From NCBI RefSeq assembly GCF_009914755.1, contig NC_060948.1: a DNA stretch of 64,000 nucleotides. One strand, written 5' to 3'. Positions 27,256-41,629 of the stretch are shown in pieces; the stretch's first letter is position 1; every line of letters begins with the position of its first letter. Source of the stretch: the human T2T-CHM13v2.0 reference genome, Homo sapiens. The notes under the pieces were generated by a model. That model made no database searches. It was not told the origin of the DNA and worked only from the letters and a program-made list of their open reading frames with translations. The position numbers and the translations under genes were made by a program.

Positions 27256-27853
27256 ATATTATTTTATTTTATTTTTCTTCTTTATTTCTTCCAAAAGTAT
27301 GGGATACATGTGCAGAACGTGCAGGTTAGTTACATAGGTATATGTATGCCATGGTGGTTTGCCGCACCTATTGACCTGTCCTCTAAGATCCCCCACCTCT
27401 CCCCAACTCCCCAACAGGCCCTGGTATGTGGTATTCTCTCCCTGTGTCCATGTGTTCTCAATTTCAACTCCCACATATAAGTGAGAACATGCGGTGTTTG
27501 GTTTTCTCTCGTGATAGTTTGCCCCCCTGAATGATGGTTTCCAGCTTCATCCATGTCCCTGAAAAGGACATGAACTCATCCTTTTTTATGGCTGTATAGT
27601 ATTCCATGGTGTGTATGTGCCACATTTTCTTAATCCAGTCCATCACTGATGGGCATTTTAGTTGGTTCCAAGTCTTTGCTATTGCGAACAGTGCCACAAT
27701 AAACAAACGTGTGCACGTGTCTTTATAGTAGCATGATTTATAATCCTGTGGGTATATACCCAGTAATAGGATTGCTGGGTCAGATGGTATTTCTGGTTCT
27801 AGATCCTTGAGGAATTGCCACACTGTCTTGCACAATGGCTGAACTAATTTACA
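27256..27853 (-). mobile_element. L1PA8-like 3' fragment (ORF2 C-terminus + 3' UTR)
   Basis: ORF 27464..27835 = ORF2 C-term (WNQLKCPS..WIKKMWHIHTMEYY); gggatacatgtgcagaacgtgcagg. Confidence 0.93.
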
Positions 27854-28119
27854 TTTATTTATATTTATTATAAGTGAATAATTGTTTATATATTTAATAT
27901 ACTATATATTTTATAGTTATAACAATCTATACATAAATATATATTTATACTAGGAGTTATATGTTAAAATATATATTATATAAATAATAAAACTTTTAAT
28001 ACTTTTTAATATTTAAATAATAACTTTTTAGGTAAGACATGCAAATGAATTTCTAAACCAAATATCCCCAGCATGAGATCTTCTAGTTACACATAGAAAA
28101 GCATTTACTTTCCAGCAAA

Positions 28120-28436
28120 ATTATTTTTTTAATTGAGAAATATAAAGTATATACATATATGGTATACAACATGACATTTTGCATTGTATATGTATCTATA
28201 TACACACACACATATACACACACACATGCACATTATGGAATGGCTTAATGAAGCTAATTAACATGTGCATTACTTGACATACTTTTTTTTGGGGTAGAAC
28301 ACTTATTAATCTACTGTTTAGTAATTTTCAAATATCCATTGTGTTGTTATTCACTACAGTCACCATGTTGTAGGAAAGATGTCTTGAACTCTGGCTCCTA
28401 AGTGAAACTTTCTATCCTTAGACCAACATCTCCCCA
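28120..28436 (-). mobile_element. L1MA 3' UTR fragment
   Basis: atggtatacaacatgacatttt...aagctaattaacatgtgcattac...gaccaacatctcccca. Confidence 0.8.
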
Positions 28437-28469
28437 ATGAAAAACACTTACCTTAATGTTCACTCCATT

Positions 28470-28856
28470 ATATTCATTTTCTATTGCTCCATAGCACACA
28501 GTGGCTGACAACAACACCTGTGTATCATCTCTCTGGGTTCAGAAGTTTAAGCAAGGGTAGACTTTACCCTGCTCAGGGGATCGCCAGGATAAAATTAAGG
28601 TGCCAGCTACTTTGTGTTCTCCCCGAGCCTCCCGATGCTATTCCAAATTCAGTGCGTGTTGGTGGAATTCAGTTCTTCGTGGTTCTGGGACTGAGGTTCC
28701 CACATTCTTGCTGCTGAAAGTCCTTGGCCATTAGTGATTTCTAGGTCTATGGACCTCACAGGAAGTTTACATAATCACCATCAGCTTCTTTGTGGACACC
28801 AGTTGATGTCCAGCATCTCTCTCCAACTTCTGGCCATCTTAGAATTCTGCCTACTA
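28470..28856 (-). mobile_element. MLT1 (MaLR) LTR
   Basis: gttggtggaattcagttcttcgtggttctgggactgagg...ggccatcttagaattctgcctactac. Confidence 0.7.
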
Positions 28857-29479
28857 CTCCCACTGAATTTTTCTGGGTTGGCTGGGCCTTCCCCTCTTGT
28901 AGAAAGTTGTTCTGCAGGGAAACCACCCTCTTTCTTTTTCCAACCAGTCTTTCTCATGTTCCACAATGTGAGTATATCTGTGAGATGCTCCAGTTTCCTG
29001 CGACATCTATCATTTTGCTAAGATTTCCATCAGGCATCAAACTCTCTACAGGTGGGCTTTGAGGAGAAGGCTGACCTATTCTTGTGCCCCGGCCGGCACT
29101 GCCTATCTTTCTTTATTTTTTAATCTCAGGTCTAGAGTCATCCCTGCCCTGCCCAAAATGGGGAAAAGGGCATCTCTTCATAGAGATCAGAGCTACATAT
29201 AAAAGCCAAACTGGGTCCGAATCTAAACATCTGCATTTCCTTCCTCTTCCCCTTCCTTTAGGGGCTTTCTGCTGCGGATCAGGGGAGCAGATACGTGTCA
29301 ATGTATTCCTTCCCTTTGTAGCCTGTCCATTTGTGCCAGCCAGAATTATTAAGCAATGCCTAAGAGAAGAAATGCAATATGGGCTGCTGTCCAGGCATAA
29401 GCAAGTGATATATGGCTACTGGACAATGTGAATTGAGAAGGGGATATGGTTATAAATGATTACTTAGGAAAGAATACTG

Positions 29480-29781
29480 GGTCAGGCATGGTGGCTGATG
29501 CCTGTAATTCCAGCACTTTGGGAGGCTGAGGTGGGTGGATGGCTTGAGCTTAGGAGTTCAACACCAGCCATGGGCAAAATGGTGAAACCACATGTCTACT
29601 AAAAAAGCAAAAATTAGTCAGGCATCATGGCGTGCACCTGTAATCCCCAGCTACTGAGAAGACTGAGGTCCAAGAATCGCTTCAACCTGGGGGGGCATAG
29701 GTGGCAGTGAGCCAAGGTTGTACCACTGCAGTCCAGCCTGGGCAACAGCAAGACTCTGTCTCAAAAAATAAAAGAAAAAAA
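29480..29781 (+). mobile_element. Alu (Jb/Sx-like)
   Basis: Full dimer with A tail. Confidence 0.93.
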
Positions 29782-30201
29782 ATATTTCTGTCTGAAGAGT
29801 CTACGGGAGCCAAAAGGCTTCTGTTTATAAAGAGGATTTTATACAGTGTGCACCTTTGACTTTGTGCCTTCTTGCCCCAGGAGTTACTCATTTTAAATAG
29901 ACAGCTCATCTACAGATCCTGCAGATAATCCCTCTGGTATAACCAGAATGTGTAGTTATTTATACATATATGTACCATAATTTTTTCCTTTCGAGGTAAT
30001 TGATGATGAATTATACTAAACAAACAGTTTTCTGGCTGACAAGTACTGTACTTTAGTGAATTTGTTTGATTAAATTGTAATAATGAAATTGAATTTGATG
30101 CTTGCTTTGTAAATGTCTACAAATGCAGTTCCTGTTGAAAATGAGGAAATCTGAAGTGCTTTCTAATGGACATCCCACTTCCTTAATGTTTCTTTTGTGT
30201 G

Positions 30202-30769
30202 TGTAAGGGAGAAAGTCTAACGTCTGTTCTTTCTCTCATAAGTTCTTATTTGTGACACTCTCCTGAAAACAAAAGTCAGATTCACAAGAGAAAAACCATG
30301 AGAAGTTTATTGACATATACTCTACCCATCACACAGGAGAGGCCTCAGTTCAAAAACACTTCTCTCTCAAGGCAGTGGCTTAGAGGCCTTGCTCAAATAG
30401 GATTTTAACAAAGAACCATAAATCCTATGTACTGACAAGACAAAGAGGAGAATATATGCAGGCTACCAAAAGGGAGAAAGATGTAGGAAGTTAAATTTCT
30501 AGGAGGAGTAAAATCTGCCTCGAGCTGCTGTGGTGCTGTCTCTGAGCTAATAGGTGAGAGTTGTAAAGGGTACTGTCTTTCAGTGGGAAAGGCAGGCAGG
30601 AGAGCAGGAAGGTGGCAAAGGCAGACAGGTGGGCAGGAAGACCTTGTCTTTGTAAATTGCTGTCTTGCTGTGAGGAAAGCAGATGGAGGGGCAGCGTGTC
30701 CACTGCCTTTTAACCTTCTTCTTTTCAGCAATTCTCATTATTTTAAAGAAGAATATTCTTGTTTCCTTC
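30202..30769 (-). mobile_element. MER34/MER39-group ERV1 solo LTR
   Basis: TG...CA ends (tgtaaggg.../...tttccttca); gaagtttattgacat poly(A) signal on minus; subfamily uncertain. Confidence 0.6.
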
Positions 30770-30920
30770 AAGTGTAAAAATTGTATCCATCTCTGAGCTC
30801 AGGAAACAAACAATTTACAACCACCCTCCCAGGCCGCTCCTGGCTTTTTTGGGTGTCCCAATTTGCTTTTTGCTTCCTCTCACCCATCCCAGCATATCTA
30901 CTTCAAAGACTGTTAATCAA

Positions 30921-31215
30921 GGCTGGGGTGGTGGCTCACTCCCTGGTGATTTGGGAGGCCAGGGAAGGAGGACTGCTTGAGGCCAGGAGTTTGAGACCAG
31001 TCTGGACAACATAGCAAGACCCTATCTCTAAAAGAAAAGTTAAAAAATTAACCAGGCATGCTGATACCTGGGTGGAGTCCCATCTACTCAGGAGGCTGAA
31101 GGTGGGAGGATTGGTTGAGGCTGGGAGGTTGAGACTACATTGAGTTATGATCGTACCATTACATTCAAGCCTGGGCCACAGAGCAAAAACCTGTCTCAAA
31201 ACATAAAAATATAAA
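30921..31215 (+). mobile_element. AluJ
   Basis: cttgaggccaggagtttgagaccag...gggaggattggttgagg. Confidence 0.92.
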
Positions 31216-31569
31216 AGATTATATGAATTGTCATCATCATGATTTATAGAAAATGCAAAGCCTGCCTGGTGCATGGTAGGAACACAATAAACACTATTTA
31301 CATGTTTCCCCCCCTTGAACATGTTCCCTTTTTCTCCTGACTCACATTATTTTTTGACTGATTGCAGGGGGGCACCCAGTACAAAACTGGCAACTCTGGC
31401 AGCTTTCTCTATGTATTTGCTTTCTTAACTTTTCCATAAAACCATTCTTCTAAAGCCTGCACATGCTCACAGTGGCCTTATTGTCTCTGATTAATCACAT
31501 CTGTCTAGAAAGAATGATTTGCTGTCTTAATACTTTAATAAAAATCTGAGTCAGTACACTCCTCTTCCG

Positions 31570-31872
<303 letters not shown>

Positions 31873-31964
31873 TTTCCTGTTTTATTTTTGTAAATGTCTT
31901 GTCTTCCCTTGTGGAATGAAAGGAATTTATACATCTATGGGAAATAATGAGGAGAACAAGATAT

Positions 31965-32480
31965 TTAATATTTTTCCATAGGTTTTTGGGAAACAGGTGG
32001 TGTTTGGCTACATGAGTAAGTTCATTAGCGGTGATTAGTGAGATTTTGGTGCTCCTGTCACCTGAGCAGTGTACACTGAACTCTATTTGTAGTCTTTTAT
32101 CCCTCACTCCCTTCCCACCTTTCCCCCCTGAATCCCCAAAGTCCATTGTATCATTCTTATGCCTTTGCATCCTCATAGCGTAGCTTCTACTCATGAGTGA
32201 GAATACACGATGTTTGGTTTTCCATTTCTGAGTTACTTCACTTAGAGTAATAGTCTCCAATCCAATCCAGGTTGCTGCAAATACCATTAGTTCATTCCTT
32301 CTTATGGCTGAGTAGTATTCTGTCATATATATACATGACAATTTCTTTATCCACTCATTGATTGATGGGCATTTAGGCTGGTTCCACATTTTTGCAACTG
32401 CAAATTGTGCTGCTGTAAACATGCATTTGCAAGTATCTTTTTTGTATAATGACTTCTTTAGCTCTGGGTAGATACCCAGG
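31965..32480 (-). mobile_element. L1PB1-like 3' fragment
   Basis: ttccataggtttttgggaaacaggtggtgtttgg 3' UTR; ORF2 C-terminal peptide; TSD-like gagaacaagatatt / gagaacaaggtatatt. Confidence 0.9.
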
Positions 32481-33568
32481 AGTGAGAGAACAAGGTATAT
32501 TGGAGGCTGATAAACCAGGGTTCCATTTATTGCTCTTGCTCTGGTATTTGATTTCTTCAAATCCTGTATAAATGTGGGAACCTTCTCAGCCTCACTTCTT
32601 GTGCAGTGGGAAGAAGAACACTACCGTTTAATGTGCGGTGAGAAAGGAGTGATGCAGTTGTGTATTTGGGGCTCCTGATGAATGATGGCCCCAGTGGGGA
32701 CTGGCCTGGATTGGAATCTTTCTTGTTATGCCTGGAGCCCCTTTACCTACTCCCAACTGTTCTCTACCCTGAAAGAAGCCCAGGGTGAATGGCATCCATA
32801 TGCTGTTTTGCCTTTTATGTTGTCATGTTGTCGTGGTTGTTTTTGGCCAAGGAAAGTCGACACATAAAGGGAAAGGAGAACCAGGCTGGGGTTTTCATCT
32901 CCTCTGTTCCCTCCTGCAGGGTTGCCCAGGATTGCATCCTGCACTCCTCAAAGGTCATCACAAGCTCTGGGATCACTCCTTCCCCTTTGGGCCTCGGTGT
33001 GGTACCAGTCTCAGGGGTGAACTGCCTTCCTCCTCTTTCTGCCCACACTGATGTTAGCTGTCTTTTCAGTAAATTCTCCTCTCATTCTCCTATATTGTAT
33101 GTGTTTCCTCTTTTTTGCTGGGACCATGTTACCAATGCTAGATCCTGCTTGGCATTCCCAGGCAAATGACAGCTTATTCACATATCACAATGCTGTCCAC
33201 AGCAGAGGAACCACAAGGCTAATTAGGAGCTCATGTGCATAGCAAACATATTGGGATTGCTCCTTCAAGCTGGTCAGAGACCTTTTCCTTAGTAACAGAG
33301 TCATCAGAGGCGTTATCTGCCTTGCAACCTAACAGTGATGCAACTGATGTCTTAAGAGATGGGGCAGACATGCACCTTTAACCCCTTTTTCAACATGATG
33401 GTAAATAAGTGACATGTGGCTTCCAATACACAATAGCAGGATGCTACACCCACGGCTGCGATTCTTTAGTATTTAGGGGATCTCCCAGGAAAGAAAAGTT
33501 TATTTTACATAAAAATAAAACTTCAACAGGGCTGCAACTCCATTGGTCCAAAAGTCTCCTTTGCTTGG

Positions 33569-34080
33569 TGTCAAAAACAAAACAAAACAAAACAAATGCA
33601 GACTTAGTAAGGAGGAACTTTTATTCAAAAGGCTTAATGTAAGAGAGAAAACACTCTGACTATAAGGTCTGCAAGCCTCTTAAAGACTAGAGGGAACACA
33701 TGTTTTTGTTTTACAGACAGTAGTAAACAAGGCTAGAAAATGTCACAGGCACTGATGTGGAATTAAGTGTGGCCTCATTAGATAGTAGGTGAGAGAATAT
33801 TTGCCCTGAGGGCAGGTTCCCAGGAGGAAGTGCCTGCTCACTCAGACTGAGGATGGGCCCATGTTCAGGGTTCTAAGGGAAAGAGAGAAACTGATCCAAC
33901 ATTTGACTAGGAAGAACAAGTGGCTCAGCTAACTTGCAACTGTTTATAAGACAAAGAATGAGGATTTAGAGGGTCTGTCTCTGTCCTATTAGACAAGGGA
34001 CATCCATGAGTCTTTTCTCAGTCATATGGGGAAGGGGGTTCTTTGCAATAAGCCATTTTCCAGAACACAAGGTGTGGGAG
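33569..34080 (-). mobile_element. Probable ERV1 LTR (MER67/MER31-related)
   Basis: tgtcaaaaac..., actttattc poly(A) signal on minus, LTR-like length; family not firmly recognised. Confidence 0.45.
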
Positions 34081-34083
34081 GAT

Positions 34084-34545
34084 GTTAAGGAGTATTCAGT
34101 AGCACTTGATAAAGCACAATAAGGAAGACTTTATTCAGGACCATCACGACAGGTGCAGGGACCACAGCAATGGGGACTTGCAGTGGGGGAGAAAGATTGG
34201 GCTCAGATCTGAATACAGCATTGGAAAGTGGGGATTCATATCCATGGAGTAGGGTGCCCATCAGTGGATGGAAAACTACTAAGAGGAAACACCAAGGGCC
34301 AGCAGGATTCCTGCTAAACTGACCTAACAAGATTCTAGCAGAAGGCCAACCAGGTGACCACATGTCTCCTGGGGGTGGTGGAGGCTGAGGAGCCTGATCA
34401 GATACTGAGGTTGAACAGATGGGAGGGTAGGGGGGTGGTAGATTGTTCTTGTTAAATTGACTTAATAGGCTTCTTGCTCAAACTGGATTTTACAAACAAG
34501 CACACAGATGGGCCTGGGAGAAGGTTGAAGATCCACAGAAGTTAG
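34084..34545 (-). mobile_element. MER31 ERV1 LTR
   Basis: tcagtggatggaaaactactaagaggaaacacc...gctaaactgacctaacaagattct...ctgatcagatactgagg. Confidence 0.8.
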
Positions 34546-35729
34546 ACGGCTATGATTTAAGAGGTTTTGAGCATTTGCATCACATACCACATTCTCTGGG
34601 CACTAAAGAGAAGGTAACAAGGCTTTAGCTTTTAGAGGCCTCCACATGATCAACACCTTTCCTCCCGAGTAGGTCAGCTCCCTATGGCCATGCACCCACC
34701 AGCAACCTCTCTATTGACACTTTTTGCCTTTTTATTAGAATTGCTCGGGCTAATGAGAGCCACTTCTAGTCCCAATAGTACGAACATCTCATCCAACCTC
34801 TTACTGCTTCGAGGGTTTATTTTGACTCTGGTTTGGTTTTCCTAAGGAATCCCACTGAAAGACAGAAGAGAGAATAATACTTTTCTAATCAAATTTCTAC
34901 ACCAGGTGTTTGTAGAGCAAAGCTGCTGCTTCACCAGGCTAGGGTCCCTTCCCTAGGGCCCTGTGAGACTTTCATGGGCCATGAGGGCTAAACATATTAA
35001 ATATATTTTAATATAAATATATATTATATAAAAACATAAAACATATTAACATTTGTATTTTACAACTATATTGGTGCAAATACCAATATGGCCTTAAACC
35101 CTAATGTTCATTTTCTTTTCTTTTGGTTATAAAACAAATTAAAACATTTTGTTTTAATTTGACTGATGGGTAATAATCTGGCCTTTCCCCACTCTCGGAT
35201 CATGGAGGTTGGGGCTATTTTATATTTTATTCCTGTCTGCATTTCTCAGCCTCTCTCTTGAACTAAGAAGGCAGTTGATGAATCTTGGCAGAACTGGAAC
35301 TTTTATTCCCCACTTGTTTGACATCAATCTGGAAATGTAGTAAACATTCCCTACATTGTTGAATTGAATCACATTAGAAAGCACATATTAGTGCATTGCA
35401 TTTTTAATTGCCAAGGAAAATTTTATTTTAACGTCACATTAATATGTTCTAAGGAACATTTATACTTGATGCAATCAGATTCCTGAGATAAGCCAAATAC
35501 ACTTCCTGTTTTTGTTTTTTTCCTCTACTCTTCATTGTATGCCTTTCAAGGAAATCTGAAAAGTTGGCTTTCTTTTTTGAATTGTTAGTCACATAGATAT
35601 GTAGACTGCAATTTTGCTTCTCCTGCAGGATTGCTGACCTTGTAAAATGATGCCTATGTATGCATCACTAATCTATGTGCTTAACTTTTAACAACTATGT
35701 AATGCTAGGAATATAGACATCGCCTGCCA

Positions 35730-35898
35730 ACAGGTGGAGGTTGAGGAATCCTGTAGAGGATGACCTGATGTCATGCGTGATCAGATATTGAAGGTGATGA
35801 TTCTTGCAAAAACTGGATTTTACAAAGAAGTGCACAGATAATCTTAGATCAAGATTCAGGAGACTGGGTTATATTTGGTCAAGCAAAGAATTTTGTCA
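35730..35898 (-). mobile_element. MER31 LTR 5' fragment
   Basis: gatcagatattgaagg...aactggattttacaaa...tttggtcaagcaaagaattttgtca; homologous to 34380-34545. Confidence 0.7.
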
Positions 35899-36544
35899 AG
35901 GGATTTCTTAACCTTTGCTGTGTTGCAAGATCAAAGGGTTTGGCTGAAAGGCGACAATGTCAGTGGCATTTCAATTTAGCAACCTCTTTTTCTGTTTTGT
36001 CATGGTTGCTGAGCTCAAAGGGAGAAAATATTCAAGGAGCCCACCAAGAAAATGCTCACTTAGGCTGGAATAGTAAGAGATATGTTGTGGGTATAGGATC
36101 AACGATTGCTGAAAAGCTTACTTGAGTGTCTCTCAGGCTGACACCACTTGCCACTTAGCAGTATAATGCAACCTGGCTCTGCACTTAGCAAACCTGGCTC
36201 CAAGGGCTTTCCAAAAGATAAAACCACAATAGCCATTGCTGTCTTCTAATTATCCTATTAGCCTTGTTCAAATCATCTTTTATTTATTTTATTTTATTTT
36301 TTTAATAAAAGCAAGCTTTATTTTGCTGTCTGATGAGATAATATGCTGGCTTGAGAGTTTGGAATAAAAAATGTTATGAATATTTGTTATTAAGGAAAGT
36401 TTCTAAGCACATAGTTATTAAGAAAAACACACATTATTAAGCAAATTTTCCAAGCAAAAGTCTTAGAATAGACATAATAATGTGAAATAACGAATGGTGA
36501 CTTTAGTATTTGCCATTGTCATTGTTCCATGAAATATGTTTTTA

Positions 36545-37600
36545 AAGAAATTTTATTTGATAGTGACAAGAATACTAAAAATGAGATCTATACTCTTAAA
36601 ATTTTAAGTGTACAATATAGTATTATTGACTGCTGGAACAATGTTTGACTGCAGTTCTCTGGAGCTAATCCACCTTGCTTACCTGAAGGTTTATGCCTGC
36701 TGATTCATAACTCCTCATTTTCCCTTCCCCCCACCCCTGGAAACCAACACTTTACATTTTGGTCTTATGAATTTAACTACTTTAGATACCTCCTATAAAT
36801 GGAATCATACAGAATTTGTCTTTCTGTAACTGGCTCATTTCACTTAACATAAGGTTCTCAAGGTTCTTCATGCTGTTACATATTATAGAATTTCCTTCCT
36901 TTTAAGGCTGCATAATATTCCAACATATGTATATAGCATGTTTTTTAAAAAATCCATTTATCTGTTGATAGGTGCTTAGGTTGCTTCCATATCTTGGCTA
37001 TGGTGAATAGCTTGCAGTGAGCAGAGCAATGCAGATTTCAATGCTTTGAGATCCCAATTTTAGTACTGTTAGATATATTTCCAGGGGTGGGATTGCTAGA
37101 TCACAAGGTAGTTCCATTTTTTAATTTGTTGAGGAACTTCCATAATGTTTTTCATAACAGCAGCAACTTTTTGCATTTTGCCAACAGGGTGCAAAGAAAT
37201 TCTCTGCACGTCCTCACTAACACTTGTCTTTTGTTTTTTTAAGACCAGCTGTTCTGACAGGTGTGGGATGATATCTCATTGTGTGTGACTTTGATTTGCA
37301 TTTCCCTGATGATTAGTGATGTTGGGCATCTTTTCATGTGCTTCTTGGCCATTTGTATGTCTTCTTCAGAGAAATGTCTACTGAAGTCCTTTGTCCATTT
37401 TTTAACTGGGTCTTGTGTATGTTTGTTATTGAGTGTGGGAGTTAATTATATACTTTGGATATATAGTTATCAGTATATGGTTTGCAAATATTTTCCCCCA
37501 TTTCATAGGTTGCCTTTCCACTCCATTGATTATTTCTTTTCCTGCATAGAAGCTTTTCAGTTTGATACAATACCACTTGTCTATTTTTACTTCTATTGCC
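36545..37600 (-). mobile_element. L1MA/MB 3' part (ORF2 end + 3' UTR)
   Basis: ORF 37426..37614 [21 protein letters not shown] matches L1 ORF2. Confidence 0.88.
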
Positions 37601-38744
37601 TGAAGCCAATTCACATTCTTAAAATTATTTTTTGATGAACAGAAATAGTTGCTTCATTTTACCTTTTACTCTTTATATCTTAATTTGAGTAATTTCTCTT
37701 GACCTGTCTTCAAGGTCTCTGATGCTTTTCTTTGCTCACAACATGAATTTCTTACTTCTGATGTTAAATCTACTTTGTTCTATATCTAGCATTTCTGTTT
37801 GTTGCTTCTTTTGTATTTTCATCTTGTCCCTGAAATTCCCCATGTCTTAACACATGCTGTTTGCCTTTCCTGCTAGATTATTTTATGGATCCTTAAATGC
37901 ATTTTGTATGGATATCTTAAAGGCTGTACATGAGAATTCTAACATTTGTGTGTCTCATGCTATTTTACATGTCATAAATGTAAACATAAATATGCATGCA
38001 TTATAGACATTGATTGTAAAAAATATTGGAGACAGAGTCAGTCATATATTCCCCTAGAAAACACCACATGCTTCTTCTGTGTGGCCCCTTGATAAACTGC
38101 CATGTCAGTATGGGTATCATTTCTTCACTTTTAATTAGGTTATGCTCACCCTGTTGGCTTCAGGTGCTTTGAGAGGGGATCCACAATTTCCCTTTAGTGG
38201 AGCTTAGGATCTGAGCATTGGTGAGACTCTAAGTCATGCTGTTTGCAGCCTGGCTGCTCACCTGTTGGGCTTTTGAAGAGAAGAGTCCTCTTTGTTTTCT
38301 ATCCTATGCTGGATGTGGTCATTCCAAATTTCCACCCTGGCTGGGGGACAGGGACAAATGTGTGACTCCCATGGTGAAGGCTAGGAGTGCCTTGGAGGGG
38401 TGCATCTGAGCTTTCCTGCACCACTTCCCTCCGAACTATTTTGCACTGCCTGGTGTAGGATTCCCCACGGGGCTTTATGAAGACTGTGTGAGTGCTTTGA
38501 AGGGTTGGCTGCAGATGGGCTCTCTGGCTGGGCCTCATAAGGATGCTGATCTGTCATGCAAGCCTGCCCACATGTAGTTGTTAAAAATGCCTTTCAACAT
38601 CAGCTGAATTACTCCTCATCTCCCCACTCCGTCTATGAGGGCTGAAAGCAGTTGAATGTTTCTTCTTTGTAGGAATGTTCACCACATCCTGGATTCTAGT
38701 TCATGTATGTTTTTCTGCATCTTCAGCCTTTTTCTGGGTGCTGT

Positions 38745-39028
38745 GGAGGGACAGGGTTTTGCTCTGACACCCAGGATGCAGTGCAGTGATCATGGCTTAC
38801 TGCAGCCTTGAACACCTGGCTCAAGAGATCTTCCTACCTAGGCCTTCCAAGTAGCTGGGACTGCAGGCATGTTCCACCATGCCTGGCTAATTTGTTTATT
38901 TATTTGTTTGCAGAAATGGAATATTTCTATGTTGCCTAGGCTGGTCTTGAACTCATAACCTCAAGCAGTCCTCCAGCTTTGGTCCCCAAAAGTGCTGCAA
39001 TTAGAGGCATAAGCCACCATGCCAGGTC
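38745..39028 (-). mobile_element. AluJ
   Basis: gatcatggcttactgcagccttgaac...ctatgttgcctaggctggtcttgaactc. Confidence 0.9.
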
Positions 39029-39109
39029 AATCCTTAGCATTTTTTTATGGATCTTAAAAGGCAATAATTTTAATTGGAGGTCTCAAAAATCACTGTTCAG
39101 AGTATGAAG

Positions 39110-40092
39110 TTGTTTAGCCCCGCTAGAGAAGTTTGGTAGTTCCTTTATAATTTAAACGTAGAATTTCCATATGACCCAGTCATTCCACTCCTAGATGTGT
39201 ACCACAAAGAACTGAAACAGGTGTGAATGTTCATAGCAGCATTATTCATAATATCCCTAAAGTGAAAGCAACCCAGATATGCATCAGCTGAGGAGTGGAT
39301 AAATAAGATATGGCGCAGCCACATATTGCAATATTGGTTGGGCATTGTTTTAGTCCAGTCTCACATTGCTATAAGGAAATACCCAAGACTGGGTAATTTG
39401 TAAAGGAAAAAGGTTTCATTTACTCACAGTTCCACATGGCTGGGGACGCCTCAGGAATGTTACAATCGCGGTGGAAGGGGAAGCGGAACATCTTACATGG
39501 TGATAGGTGAGAGAAGAGCAAGTGAAAGGGGAAGAGCACCTTATAAAACCATGAGATATTATTAGAGCTCACTATCACAAGAACAGCATAGGGGAAACTG
39601 CTCTTATGATCCAATCACCTCCCACCAAGTCTCTCCCTCATCTGGGGATTATAACTGAAGATGAGATTTGAGTGGGGACACAAAGCCTAACCATATCAGG
39701 CATAAAAGGAACAAAGTACTTTTGGTAACACTGTAGTATGTTTACGCACATATTATCAGGTGGGTGAGCCTAGAAAACATCATGCTTAGTGACAGAAGCC
39801 AGAAAAAAAGGCTACATGGTGCATGATTCCATTCATATGGAATGTCCGGAACAGGCAAATCCATAGAGAGAAAAAGCAAATTAGTGGTTCTCAGGAGCTG
39901 GCAGAGAGGAATGAGAAGTTACCACTGACAGGCAAGGAATCTCCATTTAGAGGTGATGAAAATGTTCTGGAATGAGATACACATGAGAGTTGTACAACAT
40001 TGTGGATGTACTGAGTGTCACTGAGTTGGACACTTAAAGTGGTTTAAATGGTGAAGCTGATGTTATGTGAATTTTATCACAATTAAAAAAAG
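39110..40092 (+). mobile_element. L1MB 3' end, interrupted by THE1
   Basis: ccatatgacccagtcattccactcctag...aatgtccggaacaggcaaatccatagag...gtgaattttatcacaattaaaaaa. Confidence 0.85.
39346..39698 (-). mobile_element. THE1 (MaLR) solo LTR
   Basis: tgttttagtcc...aagactgggtaattt...ggggacacaaagcctaaccatatca; 5-bp TSD ggcat / ggcat. Confidence 0.92.
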
Positions 40093-40176
40093 AAACTATG
40101 AGTTTGAGGCTTAGTAGCTTCATTACCTTGTCAATGTGTGTTCACTAGTCTTTTCTGCTTTCTACGTCTTAATTAT

Positions 40177-40630
40177 TGTGAAGTCCTAATTATGGAGGGA
40201 GGTCAGGATAGGGGGATGGAGGGAAAGTAGAAAGAGGAGGCAGGTAAGCTGTAAGTCTCCCTTTCTTCATGCTCTGGAACACATAGCCCTCCTTCTCAAA
40301 TAACTCACAATCTGGCTGCACCCAGCTACACCAGACCCTTGGCTGATACAAAATTGCAAGTTATCTCACTGAAACCTTGGCATTATTGGAACTGCACAAA
40401 GCCTTCTTCAGCCTACAGCACAAACACTATCCTATAGAATCCCCAGCAAGTCTTTGTCTCTTTTCAATCAGCTCCTATTTCATTGACCTGCCCATTGAAC
40501 CATTGCATTCTTGCAATGTATTTTCCTACTCTCTCTAATGAATCTTCTTTTTTTAAACCTACAATTTTCTTGGTACATTCTTCTTATTCCTGCATCATGG
40601 ACCACAGATAGTCGCCAGTCACCCATGACA
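40177..40630 (+). mobile_element. LTR47A-like solo LTR
   Basis: tgtgaagtcctaatta...cagatagtcgccagtcacccatgaca; TSD attat / attag. Confidence 0.8.
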
Positions 40631-41629
40631 ATTAGCAGTCAAAGCTGACTGCTCTTTTCACAGCCTATAACTTTATTTTTTTTTTTTCTGTAAACATTTT
40701 CAAGTGGCCACATGTATCTTGAGTAGACAGAGGCTAATTGTCAGCTTTTGCTTTCTGGATTGTCCTATTAGGGTATTAGGATCCTATGGCAAAGAGCAAC
40801 TGTGAGGGTAAGTGGAAATTCTTAAGAAAACCTAAGTATCACATCTAGGGTAACAAATTAAGACCCAGAGCCCATGATCAGAAGTTGGATAGAAGCAACA
40901 TGAATCAGAAGCTCTGGGAGAAATGGAATGGTCCCCCAAATTAGGCACCAGCTGCAGGTGCATGAGTGAGGAGGGAGGGATGGTGCATTTATACACTGCA
41001 TTCAGGTTAGTGAAACATTTATATAGTGCATTAGTGTTAGCAAATGCACATATAGGATTTTATCCCTTTTATTTTTTAACCATCTTGAGAAATGGAGAAT
41101 GGGTTTGGAGGAGGCAGAGTGAAATGCATTTTACTCAGTTTGAGTTTTTGTACTCTTGTGCCTTTGTTTGTGTGTGATATCTTTTAACCATGGGGAAGAG
41201 GCTGGCAAGTTTTAGTCAAAATTTATTTTCACCTTTACTTAGACCAATTTGGTAGATATAGCAGGCAAGCAGTTTCCTACCTTGAATGGGGGCATGAGAA
41301 GAATGTATCTGCTTTTGCTGCAGACAGCCCAGATCTGGAGACCCTGGGATTGGGAAGGGTGGTTCCACTGGGTAGAAGCATGGAGAATGTGGGCTAGGCA
41401 CCATCAGGGAACATGGTGTGAGCTGATGTGGGCACCCAAACACATGGGGGCTGTCCTTAAAGTGCCTATTGGCTGCTTGTAGATGTCAAGTCCACTTATA
41501 TTTTTGTGGGGTCTCGTGGCTTGGATCCCTGAAGACTCACCAAGGATATGACGATTATGTCACTGTGGGCAAATTTTACATTGCATCCTCCTCAAGCTGG
41601 ACTTTGAACCTAGGAAAATGATGTTTTAA

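Noticed and set aside
32682-33242. Cluster of overlapping short ORFs on both strands
   Set aside because: No recognisable domain; expected from locally higher GC, possibly an old LTR
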